Origin: an uncultured Calditrichota bacterium
GTDB lineage: Bacteria > Calditrichota > Calditrichia > Calditrichales > CAYPHA01
Direction: 5' to 3'
Assembly: GCA_964410215.1 (NCBI GenBank)
Contig: CAYPHA010000012.1
Coordinates: forward strand, 6,308 to 70,307
Length of the DNA stretch: 64,000 nt
Positions 44,045 to 53,270 of this stretch are shown piece after piece. The notes beneath the pieces were generated by a model that saw nothing but the letters and a program-made list of their open reading frames with translations, was not told the origin of the DNA and ran no database searches. Position 1 is the stretch's first letter; the number at the start of each line of letters is the position of its first letter. The translations under genes and the position numbers were made by a program.

Positions 44045-46078
44045 ATGGAAATTCAATCAGGCGGGAAAGGTTTACCTGAAAATGCATACCGCCCCTTGAA
44101 AGATGGGGAAGTGTACAAACCGGTTGTGCCGGATGATGCACCCTTACCGGAATTAACGGGTTATTCACTCTTCTGGGGACTGTTCTATGCCGTCGTCTTT
44201 TCTGCAGCCGCGGCCTATCTGGGATTAAAAATCGGTCAGGTTTTCGAGGCAGCCATTCCAATTGCCATACTTGCCGTCGGTCTTTCTTCCCTGATTAAAC
44301 GTAAAAATGCACTTTCGGAGAATGTTATCATACAATCCATAGGTGCCAGTTCGGGAGTCATTGTTGCCGGTGCCATTTTTACTATTCCCGGTTTATATAT
44401 CCTGGGATTGGATGCTTCCTTCTTTCAGGTTTTCCTGGCCTCACTGTTCGGCGGTATCCTGGGTATTGTTTTCCTGATTCCGTTCCGGCGCTATTTTGTT
44501 AAAGAAATGCATGGTGAATTTCCATTTCCGGAAGCGACTGCCACAACCGAAGTGCTGGTTGCCGGTGAATCGGGTGGGAAACAGGCTAAAATCCTGTTAA
44601 AGGCCCTTTTTGTCGGCGGTCTCTATGATTTTATGGTTTCCGGGCTCGGGTTTTGGAAAGAAGTTGTTTCCACCAATGTTTTCGGCTGGGGACGCCAGCT
44701 TATCGAAGCGACACGCCTGGAATTCCGGCTGAATATCGGTGCCGCAGTGATGGGACTGGGGTATATTGTCGGACTCAAATATGCATTGATCATTGCAAGC
44801 GGTTCCTTCCTGGCCTGGTGGGTTATACTTCCGGCGATCTATTATATCGGGCAGTTCAACCCGGAACCCATCCTGGGCGCCGTTAAGCCCATCATTGATA
44901 TGAGTCCCTCTGAAATATTCAGCAATTATGTTCGCCATGTCGGTATCGGAGGTATTGCCGCAGCCGGGCTGATCGGTATTATTAAATCACATAAAATTAT
45001 CTTCGGGGCATTCAAGCTGGCCCTGAAAGAACTGGGCGGTAAGCAGCTTTCCGAAGAAAATGGTACCAGCCAGCAGCGGACGCAAACAGATATGAAGATG
45101 AAATGGGTCGTTGTTCTTATCGTCAGCGCGCTGCTTGGTATCTTTGCATTTTTTCTGCTGCTGGTCGTAAACGGGAATGTCCTTTACGCGTTTACCGGCC
45201 TGGCCATTGTTACCATCATTTCCTTTTTGTTTACAACCGTTGCGGCAAGAGCCATAGCCATCGTGGGCACGAATCCCGTCTCCGGAATGACCCTCATGAC
45301 ACTGATCATCTCATCGGTTATCCTGGTCTCTATCGGCTTGCGTGGCGATGAAGGTATGCTGGCGGCACTATTGATCGGCGGTGTTGTCTGTACCGCTCTT
45401 TCCATGGCCGGCGGTTTTATCACGGACCTGAAAATCGGTTACTGGCTCGGTACAACGCCCCAAACCCAGCAGCGCTGGAAGTTCCTGGGTACGCTCTTTG
45501 CCGCGGCCTCAGTAGGAATCGTCATTTTTATGCTGAATGAAACGTACGGGTTTGGCGCGGAGGCCGGACCCAATGCCCTGGAGGCGCCCCAGGCTTCGGC
45601 CATGGCAGCAGTACTCGAGCCACTGATGACCGGACAACCGGCACCATGGCTGATGTACCTGGCCGGTATTATTCTGGCGATTGTACTGGAATTCATCGGA
45701 ATACCACCGCTTGCCTTTGCCCTGGGCATGTATCTTCCCATTCACCTGAATACGCCGATTCTTGCCGGCGGTATCATTGCTCATTTCGTTTCAAAAAGCT
45801 CAACTGATGCCAAACTGGTCACGGCAAGAAAGGAGAGGGGAACGCTGATTGCTTCCGGATTCATTGCCGGAGGTGCCATCATGGGCGTACTGGCCGCGGC
45901 TATTGTCTATGCCGGGCAGTTGATAACAGGAGACGCGAAATGGAACATGATGGTGGCCCTGGGCACGGAACACTGGGCGGAACACATGGCTGGCGGCGAG
46001 ATACTCGGTTTCGTGATGTTTGTTTTGTTGTTAATTTATATGTATCATGACTCAAAAAAAGCGGAAATTGAACGATAG
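44045..46078 (+). CDS. OPT-family oligopeptide transporter
   Basis: 677 aa polytopic protein. FPFPEATATTEVL motif typical of bacterial OPT proteins. Confidence 0.8.
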   Translation: MEIQSGGKGLPENAYRPLKDGEVYKPVVPDDAPLPELTGYSLFWGLFYAVVFSAAAAYLGLKIGQVFEAAIPIAILAVGLSSLIKRKNALSENVIIQSIGASSGVIVAGAIFTIPGLYILGLDASFFQVFLASLFGGILGIVFLIPFRRYFVKEMHGEFPFPEATATTEVLVAGESGGKQAKILLKALFVGGLYDFMVSGLGFWKEVVSTNVFGWGRQLIEATRLEFRLNIGAAVMGLGYIVGLKYALIIASGSFLAWWVILPAIYYIGQFNPEPILGAVKPIIDMSPSEIFSNYVRHVGIGGIAAAGLIGIIKSHKIIFGAFKLALKELGGKQLSEENGTSQQRTQTDMKMKWVVVLIVSALLGIFAFFLLLVVNGNVLYAFTGLAIVTIISFLFTTVAARAIAIVGTNPVSGMTLMTLIISSVILVSIGLRGDEGMLAALLIGGVVCTALSMAGGFITDLKIGYWLGTTPQTQQRWKFLGTLFAAASVGIVIFMLNETYGFGAEAGPNALEAPQASAMAAVLEPLMTGQPAPWLMYLAGIILAIVLEFIGIPPLAFALGMYLPIHLNTPILAGGIIAHFVSKSSTDAKLVTARKERGTLIASGFIAGGAIMGVLAAAIVYAGQLITGDAKWNMMVALGTEHWAEHMAGGEILGFVMFVLLLIYMYHDSKKAEIER

Positions 46079-46091
46079 TAAATAACAGGTA

Positions 46092-46118
46092 CAGGCTGGC
46101 TGGCTGTCGGCCAGCCTG
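46092..46118 (+). terminator. GC-rich hairpin after the OPT gene (possible terminator, poor U-tract)
   Basis: CAGGCTGGC / GCCAGCCTG 9-bp stem with a 9-nt loop. The following sequence AATTATT is only weakly T-rich. Confidence 0.35.
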
Positions 46119-46182
46119 AATTATTGACTAGAGTGCGGCGATTCCCTAAATTCATTACATATTCAAGCCGCAATGATTCTCA

Positions 46183-46383
46183 TTGGGAGGCAGGTTGTTA
46201 CTTCCGCAAAAGAAACACCGGACCTTCAATTTGTCTGGAAAAACGGGCCATAATCTGAGTTATAACCGGGATCACCGGATTAAAATTGAACGTCTGCCGC
46301 AAAGAAAGGTAAAACCCGTCTGGTGGACACTGGGCCTGTTCCTTCTGGTACTTTTAATTTATTATTATCTTGGAAAATTTTAG
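46183..46383 (+). CDS. possible small tail-anchored basic membrane protein
   Basis: The in-frame TTG at 46195 is preceded by GGGAGG. Basic N-terminal half and one C-terminal TM (WWTLGLFLLVLLIYYYLG). No family. Could be non-coding. Confidence 0.25.
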   Translation: MGGRLLLPQKKHRTFNLSGKTGHNLSYNRDHRIKIERLPQRKVKPVWWTLGLFLLVLLIYYYLGKF

Positions 46384-46410
46384 ATCCTGCTTTTCAGGAG
46401 GCACTCACGA

Positions 46411-47493
46411 ATGATACAAATCGGACAGATTATTAAACAGGTTCCCATATTCAGGATGCTGGGTAAAGAAAGCATCGATTTTATTGTTGAACGTTTCAAA
46501 TTCAAAACTTTTGATTCAAAAGATACCGTCTGCAAAATGGGAGATCCCGGAGATGAAATGTATGTGATTATCAGCGGAGAGGTAAATATCTGTGTTTCCG
46601 CTGATGAGGGTGCTACTGAACAGGTAGTGGCTACACTTGGTCCGGGCGACTATTTCGGAGAGATGGCGCTGCTGACAGGGGAACCGCGGTCTGCTTCGGT
46701 CATTACAACCAAACCGAGTGAGATGTTTGTCCTCTATAAAAATGATTTTGATGTCATCCTCGAGAAATATCCTTCCATATCACTCAGTATGGGGAAAATT
46801 GTCAGCCGGCGCCTGCGTGAAACGCTGAAAAAAGCTTCCAGCCTTCCAAAAATTGAAAAAATAGAATCCATGCAGGGGGGGCCATCCGGAAATTTAAAAG
46901 ATGTTCCCCTGGTCGACCTTATCAGTTTCTGTGAGAGTAATTCCCTTTCCGGAACAATGACAATTGAATCACCGTCGGGACAAGGATCATTTGAGTTTCA
47001 AAGCGGCGAGATTGTCGGTGTCCTTATGGGCAATATGAAAGATGATCAGGCACTCGATGAGATGCTCAACTGGCAGGAAGGGCGTTTTGAGATCAAAGTA
47101 CGGCCGCTCACACTTCAGCAGAAGAAGACCGGAACGAGCGATGTTAAAAATATGCTTATCGTTAATAATTCTCTTGTGGTGAGGAAAGTCATTGAACGGG
47201 CCTTTAAGGGGCTGGGATATGGCGTTAAAACAGCAAAAAATATTGATGAAGCGTCAAAAGAGATTGACCGTTCCATTCCGCACATCATCATATCCGATGT
47301 CAAACTCGCCGACGGGAGCGGACTCGATTTTCTGCAGAAGGTCCGGCAAAAAGATGAAATACCCTTTATTTTTATTACCGATGATTCTGTGAAGGAAGAG
47401 TTTGAGAACCGGATCAAAGCGTTCGGTAAAGCTGAACTGACCAAGACCCATGAAGTCAGTGAAATTGTTAAATTAGTGGAAAATACACTTTAA
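46411..47493 (+). CDS. cNMP-binding / DUF4388 / atypical receiver three-domain protein
   Basis: cNMP motif GDYFGEMALLTGEPRSASV. DUF4388-like block LVDLISFCESNSLSGTMTIES..FEFQSGEIVGV..ALDEMLNWQEGRFEI. The REC-like C-terminus has NN instead of the acidic DD pair (MLIVNNS). Confidence 0.7.
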   Translation: MIQIGQIIKQVPIFRMLGKESIDFIVERFKFKTFDSKDTVCKMGDPGDEMYVIISGEVNICVSADEGATEQVVATLGPGDYFGEMALLTGEPRSASVITTKPSEMFVLYKNDFDVILEKYPSISLSMGKIVSRRLRETLKKASSLPKIEKIESMQGGPSGNLKDVPLVDLISFCESNSLSGTMTIESPSGQGSFEFQSGEIVGVLMGNMKDDQALDEMLNWQEGRFEIKVRPLTLQQKKTGTSDVKNMLIVNNSLVVRKVIERAFKGLGYGVKTAKNIDEASKEIDRSIPHIIISDVKLADGSGLDFLQKVRQKDEIPFIFITDDSVKEEFENRIKAFGKAELTKTHEVSEIVKLVENTL

Positions 47494-48711
47494 ATGCCAA
47501 AAGATTTTATTCAGGATAATCATATACCGCTTTTCCAATCATTGTCTGAGGATGAACTGACTCTCCTCGTTGAAAAGCTGGATGAACTCCATTTTCAGGC
47601 CGGAGAGACTATTATCCGTGAAGGTGAACAGGGTGATTGTATGTTTCTCCTGAGAAATGGTGTCGTGAGAGTTTTTGCCCAAATTCCCGAAGGCGGTGAT
47701 GAAATTACCCTCTCGCGACTTGAAGCGGGAGATTATTTCGGAGAAATGGCCCTGATTACCGGTGACACGAGGTCGGCTTCCGTCCAGGCCGTCACTGATG
47801 TTAAACTGTGGAAATTATCCAAAACAGATTTCGATGAACTGATTAAAAACTATCCCGATATCACGCTCTCGCTGACACATATGCTGAGCCAGCGCCTCAA
47901 ACATACCAATAAAGCACTGGAATTGTCGGAGAAGCAAATCAGGGAACGGTTCATCCCGCAGGGAACTCTCGATGCGGTGGATGTCATCTCCCTGCTTAAA
48001 TTCGCGGAAGAAAATTCACTAACCGGTTACCTGGAAATCAGGAATGAAGAGGATAAGGCCTTGTTTACTTTTGAAAAAGGTCAGCTTAAAAATCTCGATT
48101 ACAATGGTAAGGAAGAAACGGAGGCAATGGACGAAATTCTGCTCTGGAAAGCGGGCAGGTTTACCATCGAGCCTGAAATGTTCAATTTAAATGCTGTCGA
48201 TGCGGTGCCGGAGCAGGGAAAAGAGGATTCATTGCAGAAAAATGATGTGGATAAGCCAGAACAGCCGGTGGAGAATGAAGGCGATGGAACAGTGATCCGG
48301 GAAGATTATAGCAACGACTCTGAATGGGATGTGTTGACACCCGTGGAATTATTTAATCGCTATCTCAGTGAAAAAGTGGGAGAATTTAACCGCTTTGCCG
48401 GACTGCAGGTTACCAAAAATGCTCTGAGACAAAGTTATATTAAATTCAGGGATTATTTCGATGTGATTAACGATATCGAAATTGAGTCTTCACCGGAGGT
48501 GAGAATTGAGATCCGGACGGATAACTGGTCTGAAAAGCATACGCTTTTTGCAGCCATTCTCCTGCGAAGTCTGGTAAATATTATCGAGCGCGATGTTATT
48601 GGTATTGCATTCTGGAATCCGGAATCGGCCCACTCGGCTATTAATGAACAATTGAAAATTATTTCTTATTTTGAATATTTTGAACAGGCAACGGATTTTG
48701 TACGTGTCTGA
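47494..48711 (+). CDS. cNMP-binding / DUF4388 protein with unknown C-terminal domain
   Basis: cNMP motif GDYFGEMALITGDTRSASV. DUF4388-like block VDVISLLKFAEENSLTGYLEI..FTFEKGQLKN..AMDEILLWKAGRFTI. The start abuts the previous stop (TAAATG). Confidence 0.7.
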   Translation: MPKDFIQDNHIPLFQSLSEDELTLLVEKLDELHFQAGETIIREGEQGDCMFLLRNGVVRVFAQIPEGGDEITLSRLEAGDYFGEMALITGDTRSASVQAVTDVKLWKLSKTDFDELIKNYPDITLSLTHMLSQRLKHTNKALELSEKQIRERFIPQGTLDAVDVISLLKFAEENSLTGYLEIRNEEDKALFTFEKGQLKNLDYNGKEETEAMDEILLWKAGRFTIEPEMFNLNAVDAVPEQGKEDSLQKNDVDKPEQPVENEGDGTVIREDYSNDSEWDVLTPVELFNRYLSEKVGEFNRFAGLQVTKNALRQSYIKFRDYFDVINDIEIESSPEVRIEIRTDNWSEKHTLFAAILLRSLVNIIERDVIGIAFWNPESAHSAINEQLKIISYFEYFEQATDFVRV

Positions 48712-48712
48712 C

Positions 48713-49516
48713 CTAAAGCTGGTCCTGAAGGAGTTCAAAAGCCTCTTTCGCCGAATTGACATATCTGAATAAATCCAGGTCTTCCCGTGATATGGTTCCC
48801 CAGCGTGCCATCGCATCAAAATCAATAATATCCCTCCAGTAATCCTGGCCAAAAATAATTATTGGCATTTTCTTTCGTACTTTTTTTGTCTGGATTAAGG
48901 TGAGAACTTCCATTAGTTCATCGAGGGTTCCATAACCGCCCGGAAAAATAACCAGTGCTTTTGCAAGGTAAACAAACCAGTATTTCCTCATGAAGAAATA
49001 GTGGAATTCAAACATGAATTCTTTCGGGATATAGGGATTGGGATACTGTTCCATTGGAAGTGATATGTTCAAGCCGATTGACCGGCCGCCGCCAATTTGG
49101 GCCCCCTTGTTTGCCGCTTCCATGATGCCGGGACCGCCGCCGGAACATACATAATGACTCTGTTGACCGGAGTTACCATCCTTTGACCAGACCGTGAGGA
49201 GGCGTGACAATTCAACGGCGTCTTCGTAATATTTGGAAAGCCGAAGCTGCAGCCTGGCCGAGGCGAGTTGCTGCTCCAGTTCGGCAGAAGGGCTTTTTTC
49301 AGCATTCTCGGCAATTTTTTTCAACTCACCCTTCGCTTCTTCTTTCGATTTAATGCGGGCAGAGCCGAAAAAAACGATTGTCGATTCAACCTCATGATTG
49401 ATAAAACGGTAATGGGGTTCATAAAATTCGGAAAGAATTCGCAGGGGACGGGCCTGTGAACTGTTTAAAAAATCCAGGTTGTTATATGCTTTTTGTGCTT
49501 TTTTCGTCTTGGCCAT
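48713..49516 (-). CDS. LOG-family (TIGR00730-type) nucleotide phosphoribohydrolase-like protein
   Basis: GGGPGIMEAAN and PGGYGTLDELMEVLTLIQ motifs. Confidence 0.75.
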   Translation of the reverse strand: MAKTKKAQKAYNNLDFLNSSQARPLRILSEFYEPHYRFINHEVESTIVFFGSARIKSKEEAKGELKKIAENAEKSPSAELEQQLASARLQLRLSKYYEDAVELSRLLTVWSKDGNSGQQSHYVCSGGGPGIMEAANKGAQIGGGRSIGLNISLPMEQYPNPYIPKEFMFEFHYFFMRKYWFVYLAKALVIFPGGYGTLDELMEVLTLIQTKKVRKKMPIIIFGQDYWRDIIDFDAMARWGTISREDLDLFRYVNSAKEAFELLQDQL

Positions 49517-49581
49517 TTTCTATCCGTTTTTAGTAAGAGTATTGTCTTTCAAAACCTGTAATTTCATATAGTTTATATACA

Positions 49582-51762
49582 TTATCCAGTTTTATTTACA
49601 GTTTCCAGAATATTTTTAACACGACTCGCTGTTTGAACCACTTCGTTTTCCATCTCGGAGATAAATGGATTTTCCGTAAGAGCGCCCAGGACAGCATTCA
49701 TTTCTTCCTGATTACGGTAAATAATTTTCCTGAAATCGCTGGTATAGTCCTTTTTTCTGGATTCCTTTGTCCACTCGAGAACCGTGCTGTCTATCGTGAG
49801 AAATCGATCCGCGATGCGCGAGAGCAATGCCGCATCCAGATCCCTTATCGAAAGACTTTCCACCATAAATAAGCAATAGAGGGCGTGATCCTTTCGCTGT
49901 GATGGATAGGACTGCCAGAGACGGTCATAGGTTGCATGCAGATCATCCCAGGAAGGAATAACACCATTTTTTACATTATCTATAAGGCTGCGGACATCCG
50001 ACAACGGTGCGAGCTGTCCTCCCAGATTATACCACTCGTGTTCGGGCTCAGAATAACCATCACGGATTTCCTTAAGCACATCGATATCCGGTTTCTGTGT
50101 TATCAATTCATCTGCCAGCTTAAAAAGCTCCCGTGCGCCATAATAGACCAGCATCATCTGGTAGAGATGATAACCCTGTGCCGGTTTTATCAGCAGAGTC
50201 TTTCCTTTATTAATCTGGCCTTCCAGAAATACCTGTACCTTTTTATCGATATCTCTGTTTTCAATGAGCTCTTCCGGACTGATTTTCTTCCCGGCAGCCT
50301 TTGAAATGGCATCTTTGAGTTGCTGCATACCCCTGAGCATCTGCTCGGCACTGTCGGGTGCCAGATAATTCATTTCAATATGCTGATCTTTGACTTTGCG
50401 TTTATCGCGATTCATGAATTTCCATGAATTCCTGGCCAGCGCATACATATTGTAGCGGAACCAGAATCCGGGCATGATTTGGATGTGGTTTGTCTTTTCA
50501 CCCGGACTGACGAGGGAAAAGGGAAGCGTGATATTCAGCTCGGAATGATAGCTCCCTTTTGCAACCAGAGTAAAACAGGAAAAGTAGGAATTATGCTTGA
50601 AGTTACTTTCCAGTCCGGGCCAGAATCCACGTTCAGCCACAATTTCACCATCTGCTGCTCTGGAATTGTGGTTGGAACCGATCGTGGCGCCCGCGGCAAT
50701 GTTGGACTGCCCGAGTACCGTTGCTGCTATGAGGAATGAATTATTATGGTGCTGTTCATGAAAGGGGAAAATCAGGTTATTCAGTATCTCACAACAGGAT
50801 ACGGTTGAATTCGGTCCGATCAATGAATTAATCAACCGGGCACCGTATTTGACCTGCACATTTCTTCCTGTTACGAATCGAACGGCTTTTACACCATAAA
50901 AAATGCGGTTGCGGTAGCCAACGATACCGTTTACGAGTTCAACGCCTTCTCCGATCTGAGTACGTTCCTGATCAGTCGATAATATCGTTAGATTTTTTAA
51001 TTTGTTGGCTCCTTTTATATAGGCGCAGGAACCGACCTTGACATCTTTAATGATGCGGCTGTTTTTGATAACAGTATCCGGACCAATCGTGCCGTAATAA
51101 CCACGACGCGTGTCGGCCTGTTCATCCGTCATTAATTTAAACCGTTTCATCAATTCCTTGTCTTCACGGAAACGCGACCATAAATAGGCGTCTGAAGGAA
51201 GAATCCCTTCAAAAGGCAGGATGCTTCTCCCTCCGTTCTCATTGCTGACTTCCAGCCATATTCGAAGGTCTTCGGTTTCACCATCCTTTACAATTCCATT
51301 CCCGAATTTAGCATTGTCAACCGTATGCATTTCATCGATATTAAAAAGGATGCAATGGTCGCCGATAATGTAATGGGATAGATAGCGGACATTTCTCAGA
51401 GCCACCTGATCACCCAGATCACAGGAAATAATTGTGCAATTGTGCAGGCCAACGGGCATCCTTAGTTTATGGTGCTCCAGGTATCGAGGGGAAAGATCAC
51501 CGATACGCACCATCCCGCGGAATTCACAATTTCGCACCAGTGACGGATTAAAATTGTCCGAAACCAGGATTTTGTCCCAATCCTCGGCCGTATTATTGTT
51601 CTTGACAAGCACCTCGATTTCCATTGATTCCAGTGATCGGTATTTATGTTTATCCGATTGCCTGTTGCGAAAATAATAACGATCCGTGTGATCTACCATA
51701 TGTTCAGGCGGAACAAAATCGCTGGTAATATCTTCAAGGTTACCGATTTTTATCTGGGACAT
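49582..51762 (-). CDS. large left-handed beta-helix protein, DUF4954-like
   Basis: Hexapeptide-like repeats (VKVGSCAYIKGANKLKNLTI, IGEGVELVNGIVGYRNRIF, GARLINSLIGPNSTV). The N-terminus resembles Bacteroidetes DUF4954 proteins from memory. Function unknown. Confidence 0.45.
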   Translation of the reverse strand: MSQIKIGNLEDITSDFVPPEHMVDHTDRYYFRNRQSDKHKYRSLESMEIEVLVKNNNTAEDWDKILVSDNFNPSLVRNCEFRGMVRIGDLSPRYLEHHKLRMPVGLHNCTIISCDLGDQVALRNVRYLSHYIIGDHCILFNIDEMHTVDNAKFGNGIVKDGETEDLRIWLEVSNENGGRSILPFEGILPSDAYLWSRFREDKELMKRFKLMTDEQADTRRGYYGTIGPDTVIKNSRIIKDVKVGSCAYIKGANKLKNLTILSTDQERTQIGEGVELVNGIVGYRNRIFYGVKAVRFVTGRNVQVKYGARLINSLIGPNSTVSCCEILNNLIFPFHEQHHNNSFLIAATVLGQSNIAAGATIGSNHNSRAADGEIVAERGFWPGLESNFKHNSYFSCFTLVAKGSYHSELNITLPFSLVSPGEKTNHIQIMPGFWFRYNMYALARNSWKFMNRDKRKVKDQHIEMNYLAPDSAEQMLRGMQQLKDAISKAAGKKISPEELIENRDIDKKVQVFLEGQINKGKTLLIKPAQGYHLYQMMLVYYGARELFKLADELITQKPDIDVLKEIRDGYSEPEHEWYNLGGQLAPLSDVRSLIDNVKNGVIPSWDDLHATYDRLWQSYPSQRKDHALYCLFMVESLSIRDLDAALLSRIADRFLTIDSTVLEWTKESRKKDYTSDFRKIIYRNQEEMNAVLGALTENPFISEMENEVVQTASRVKNILETVNKTG

Positions 51763-51936
51763 AAGGCCTCCGTTAAACCAAAATTAATAATTATCTTAGA
51801 TTATTCGGCATTGATGTGAAAAAAATATGAAAAAGTAACTATTTTTTTTTATTTTATGCACTGACAGGGGTGTATCCAATAGTCATACCATTTTCTTCTG
51901 TTATGCGATAGAACGATTATTATCAAAGGATTTAAA

Positions 51937-53211
51937 ATGATTCGAGATGCCGGCTACGGACCAAAGTTAGTTAGGGAGTTTAACGAACTTAACATTCTAC
52001 GTTTAATAAAAAACGAAGGACCCATGTCCCGGGCGGAATTGGCAAAGCGCTATAAAATTTCCAAAGCGACCGTTTCAGAGATTATCACCTATTTATTGCA
52101 CCAAAACTTTATATCGGAAGTAGGAATGGGAGATTCTACGAGTCTGGGTGGACGTAAACCAATACTTCTCGAGTTTAACCAGAAAGCCGGTTATGCGATC
52201 GGTATAGAGATAAAGCGCGATCACGCACGCATCGCCCTTTCCGATTTGAATGCAAAAATATATGGTGCCGTCAATATCGAATTCACCCGGGGTGCGCCTC
52301 TCAGATCGGTATTGAATGATATTTTCCGGGTAATTGACACATATCTGCTGAAACGCTGGGTTAAGAAGGCCTGTCCTGTCGGGATCGGTGTGGCCATACC
52401 CGGTTTGATCGATTACAAAAACGGCTGTATTCATGAATCCGATACGCTCAAAGGCTGGCAGGATTTTCCCATACGCGAGACGTTTGAAAATCGTTATGGT
52501 ATTGAAACCGTGATTGAGAATGACGTGAAAGCCATCACTGTTGGTGAATTTCGTTTTGGTAACGGACAAAATGTAGATGACATAATCTACCTGTGGATAG
52601 GAGACGGTATCGGTGCCGGAATTATTATTAATGGTGAACTGTACCGGGGTGTATCTGCAAGCGCGGGAGAAGTCGGTTACTATGAGGTAGGATGTTATAT
52701 TCGCAATACCGACGATTTTCAGCTGCTTTACAATAATCATAAAAATTTTGGTGATATCCTTTCGGCAGAAACCCTTGTGAACGGTGCTGTCAAAGGGTTA
52801 CGGGAAGGATATAAAACAGCGCTTAACGGCAAATGTCTCGATGTGAGAACGATCTTTGAAAATGCCGAAAAACAGGATCCGCTTGCACTCGAACTTGTCA
52901 GGGAATACGGATTACTGGTCGGTATTCTATGCATTAACCTCATCAATACGCTTAATCCGGAATTGATACTGATCGGTGGACATCCCCTTTCCCATCAGAA
53001 GCTTCTTATTCAGTTTATCCGTGAAAAAATTAAAAATGACGTGCTTCATACACCCATTAATGCCGTTAGAGTCCGTGATTCCAAGTTGCGTGAAAACGCC
53101 GGTGTCCTGGGTGCCATTGGTCTTCTTCTGGATGACCTGTTTTATACCGACCGGCTGAATGTGGAACGCTACCGCCGGATATTCCGACAGAGACACGCGC
53201 TAGCCAGCTGA
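51937..53211 (+). CDS. ROK-family transcriptional regulator (NagC/XylR-like)
   Basis: N-terminal wHTH (NILRLIKNEGPMSRAELAKRYKISKATVSEII) plus ROK sugar-kinase fold (GIGVAIPGLID, GAGIIINGELYRG). Confidence 0.8.
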   Translation: MIRDAGYGPKLVREFNELNILRLIKNEGPMSRAELAKRYKISKATVSEIITYLLHQNFISEVGMGDSTSLGGRKPILLEFNQKAGYAIGIEIKRDHARIALSDLNAKIYGAVNIEFTRGAPLRSVLNDIFRVIDTYLLKRWVKKACPVGIGVAIPGLIDYKNGCIHESDTLKGWQDFPIRETFENRYGIETVIENDVKAITVGEFRFGNGQNVDDIIYLWIGDGIGAGIIINGELYRGVSASAGEVGYYEVGCYIRNTDDFQLLYNNHKNFGDILSAETLVNGAVKGLREGYKTALNGKCLDVRTIFENAEKQDPLALELVREYGLLVGILCINLINTLNPELILIGGHPLSHQKLLIQFIREKIKNDVLHTPINAVRVRDSKLRENAGVLGAIGLLLDDLFYTDRLNVERYRRIFRQRHALAS

Positions 53212-53270
53212 TTCAATCCGGTTTCATTGCAATACATACCTTTGTTCTTTATATTCTCGCTTTATTAAAA

